Shown here piece after piece: positions 33,270 to 33,649 of a DNA stretch of 33,649 bases. Position numbers and translations under genes: made by a program. Position 1 is the first letter of the stretch. The number at the start of each line of letters is the position of its first letter. The notes beneath the pieces were generated by a model. That model was not told where the DNA came from. It saw nothing but the letters and a program-made list of their open reading frames with translations, and ran no database searches. This DNA comes from Candidatus Saccharimonadales bacterium (lineage in GTDB: Bacteria; Patescibacteriota; Saccharimonadia; Saccharimonadales; UBA10212), in assembly GCA_035718045.1 (NCBI GenBank), contig DASTHV010000021.1, forward strand, positions 1-33,649, written 5' to 3'.

Positions 33270-33649
33270 ATGGAACGACTCATAAGGATTCTAAAGCAAT
33301 ACGTTATTCTGACTACCGTAGTCCTGCTGTTTATCGCTTCTCAGCTAATTACGACTATGCATATAATCTCCGAGCCGCATCCGTTTGACTGGATAATTCA
33401 CTTCGTATTTTCAGCGGTTGTTTCCCAGATGTTGTACGTGATTTTGGTGGACTACCATTTGCTGAGCAGAGCCAGAGACAAGGTGTCTAAATTTCCGCCG
33501 TCCAGAGTAATCCTTATGGTAGTATTCATCGGCACGGCCGTTGGGGCTTGGTGGGAAATCGTTGAGTTCAGCCTGGACCACATATTTGGATTTCATCTGC
33601 AGCTTAGCAATACCGATACTATGGTCGACTTAATTTCGGACACTTCCGG
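33270..33649 (+). CDS. Membrane protein, N-terminal 126 aa (runs off the right window edge)
   Basis: Not in the track (no stop in the window). My translation is MERLIRILKQYVILTTVVLLFIASQLITTMHIISEPHPFDWIIHFVFSAVVSQMLYVILV...VILMVVFIGTAVGAWWEIVEFSLDHIFGFHLQLSNTDTMVDLISDTS. At least three TM helices. TACAAT box 8 nt upstream of the ATG. Confidence 0.55.
   Translation, partial: MERLIRILKQYVILTTVVLLFIASQLITTMHIISEPHPFDWIIHFVFSAVVSQMLYVILVDYHLLSRARDKVSKFPPSRVILMVVFIGTAVGAWWEIVEFSLDHIFGFHLQLSNTDTMVDLISDTS

Overview
This is a 33.6-kb, gene-dense chromosomal segment with roughly balanced GC. I count about 46 protein genes, roughly 40 of them on the minus strand, and many junctions overlap by 1-8 nt. 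The organism looks like a small-genome monoderm bacterium: DnaK lacks the proteobacterial insertion, HrcA is short and a CIRCE operator is present. A Patescibacteria/CPR (Saccharibacteria-like) origin is plausible, but this is inference only.

Gene content, left to right:
- An exported surface-protein operon (1-2042).
- A cluster of three ATP-grasp ligases with a retropepsin-like protease and a methyltransferase (2576-7008).
- An expanded hrcA-grpE-dnaK-dnaJ operon with four extra unknown ORFs.
- Two tandem guanylate-kinase-like genes, then lepA, murJ and an ABC-2 exporter.
- Several membrane-anchored hypothetical proteins, murC, an alkA-like glycosylase, a mazG-like gene and tsaC.
- A block of exported proteins and a KGG-type stress protein.
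- An operon of alpha/beta hydrolase, APH-like kinase, SGNH hydrolase, Ldh_2 dehydrogenase and an EamA transporter.

I could not recognise any rRNA, tRNA, CRISPR array, transposase or integrase. TGA acts as a stop codon, so the standard code applies.

The most notable non-genic signals are:
- A recurring 24-bp perfect palindrome (AAATACTTAAC-NN-GTTAAGTATTT).
- A family of 7-nt-period GAAAGYN/NGCTTTN tandem arrays, found inside hrcA, dnaK and lepA and flanking murC.
- A near-identical 28-nt direct repeat bracketing murC.
- A symmetric bidirectional consensus promoter inside the ATP-grasp cluster.
- Many -10 boxes only 6-9 nt from start codons, suggesting leaderless mRNAs.

All functional calls rest on motif recognition by eye, with no database searches.
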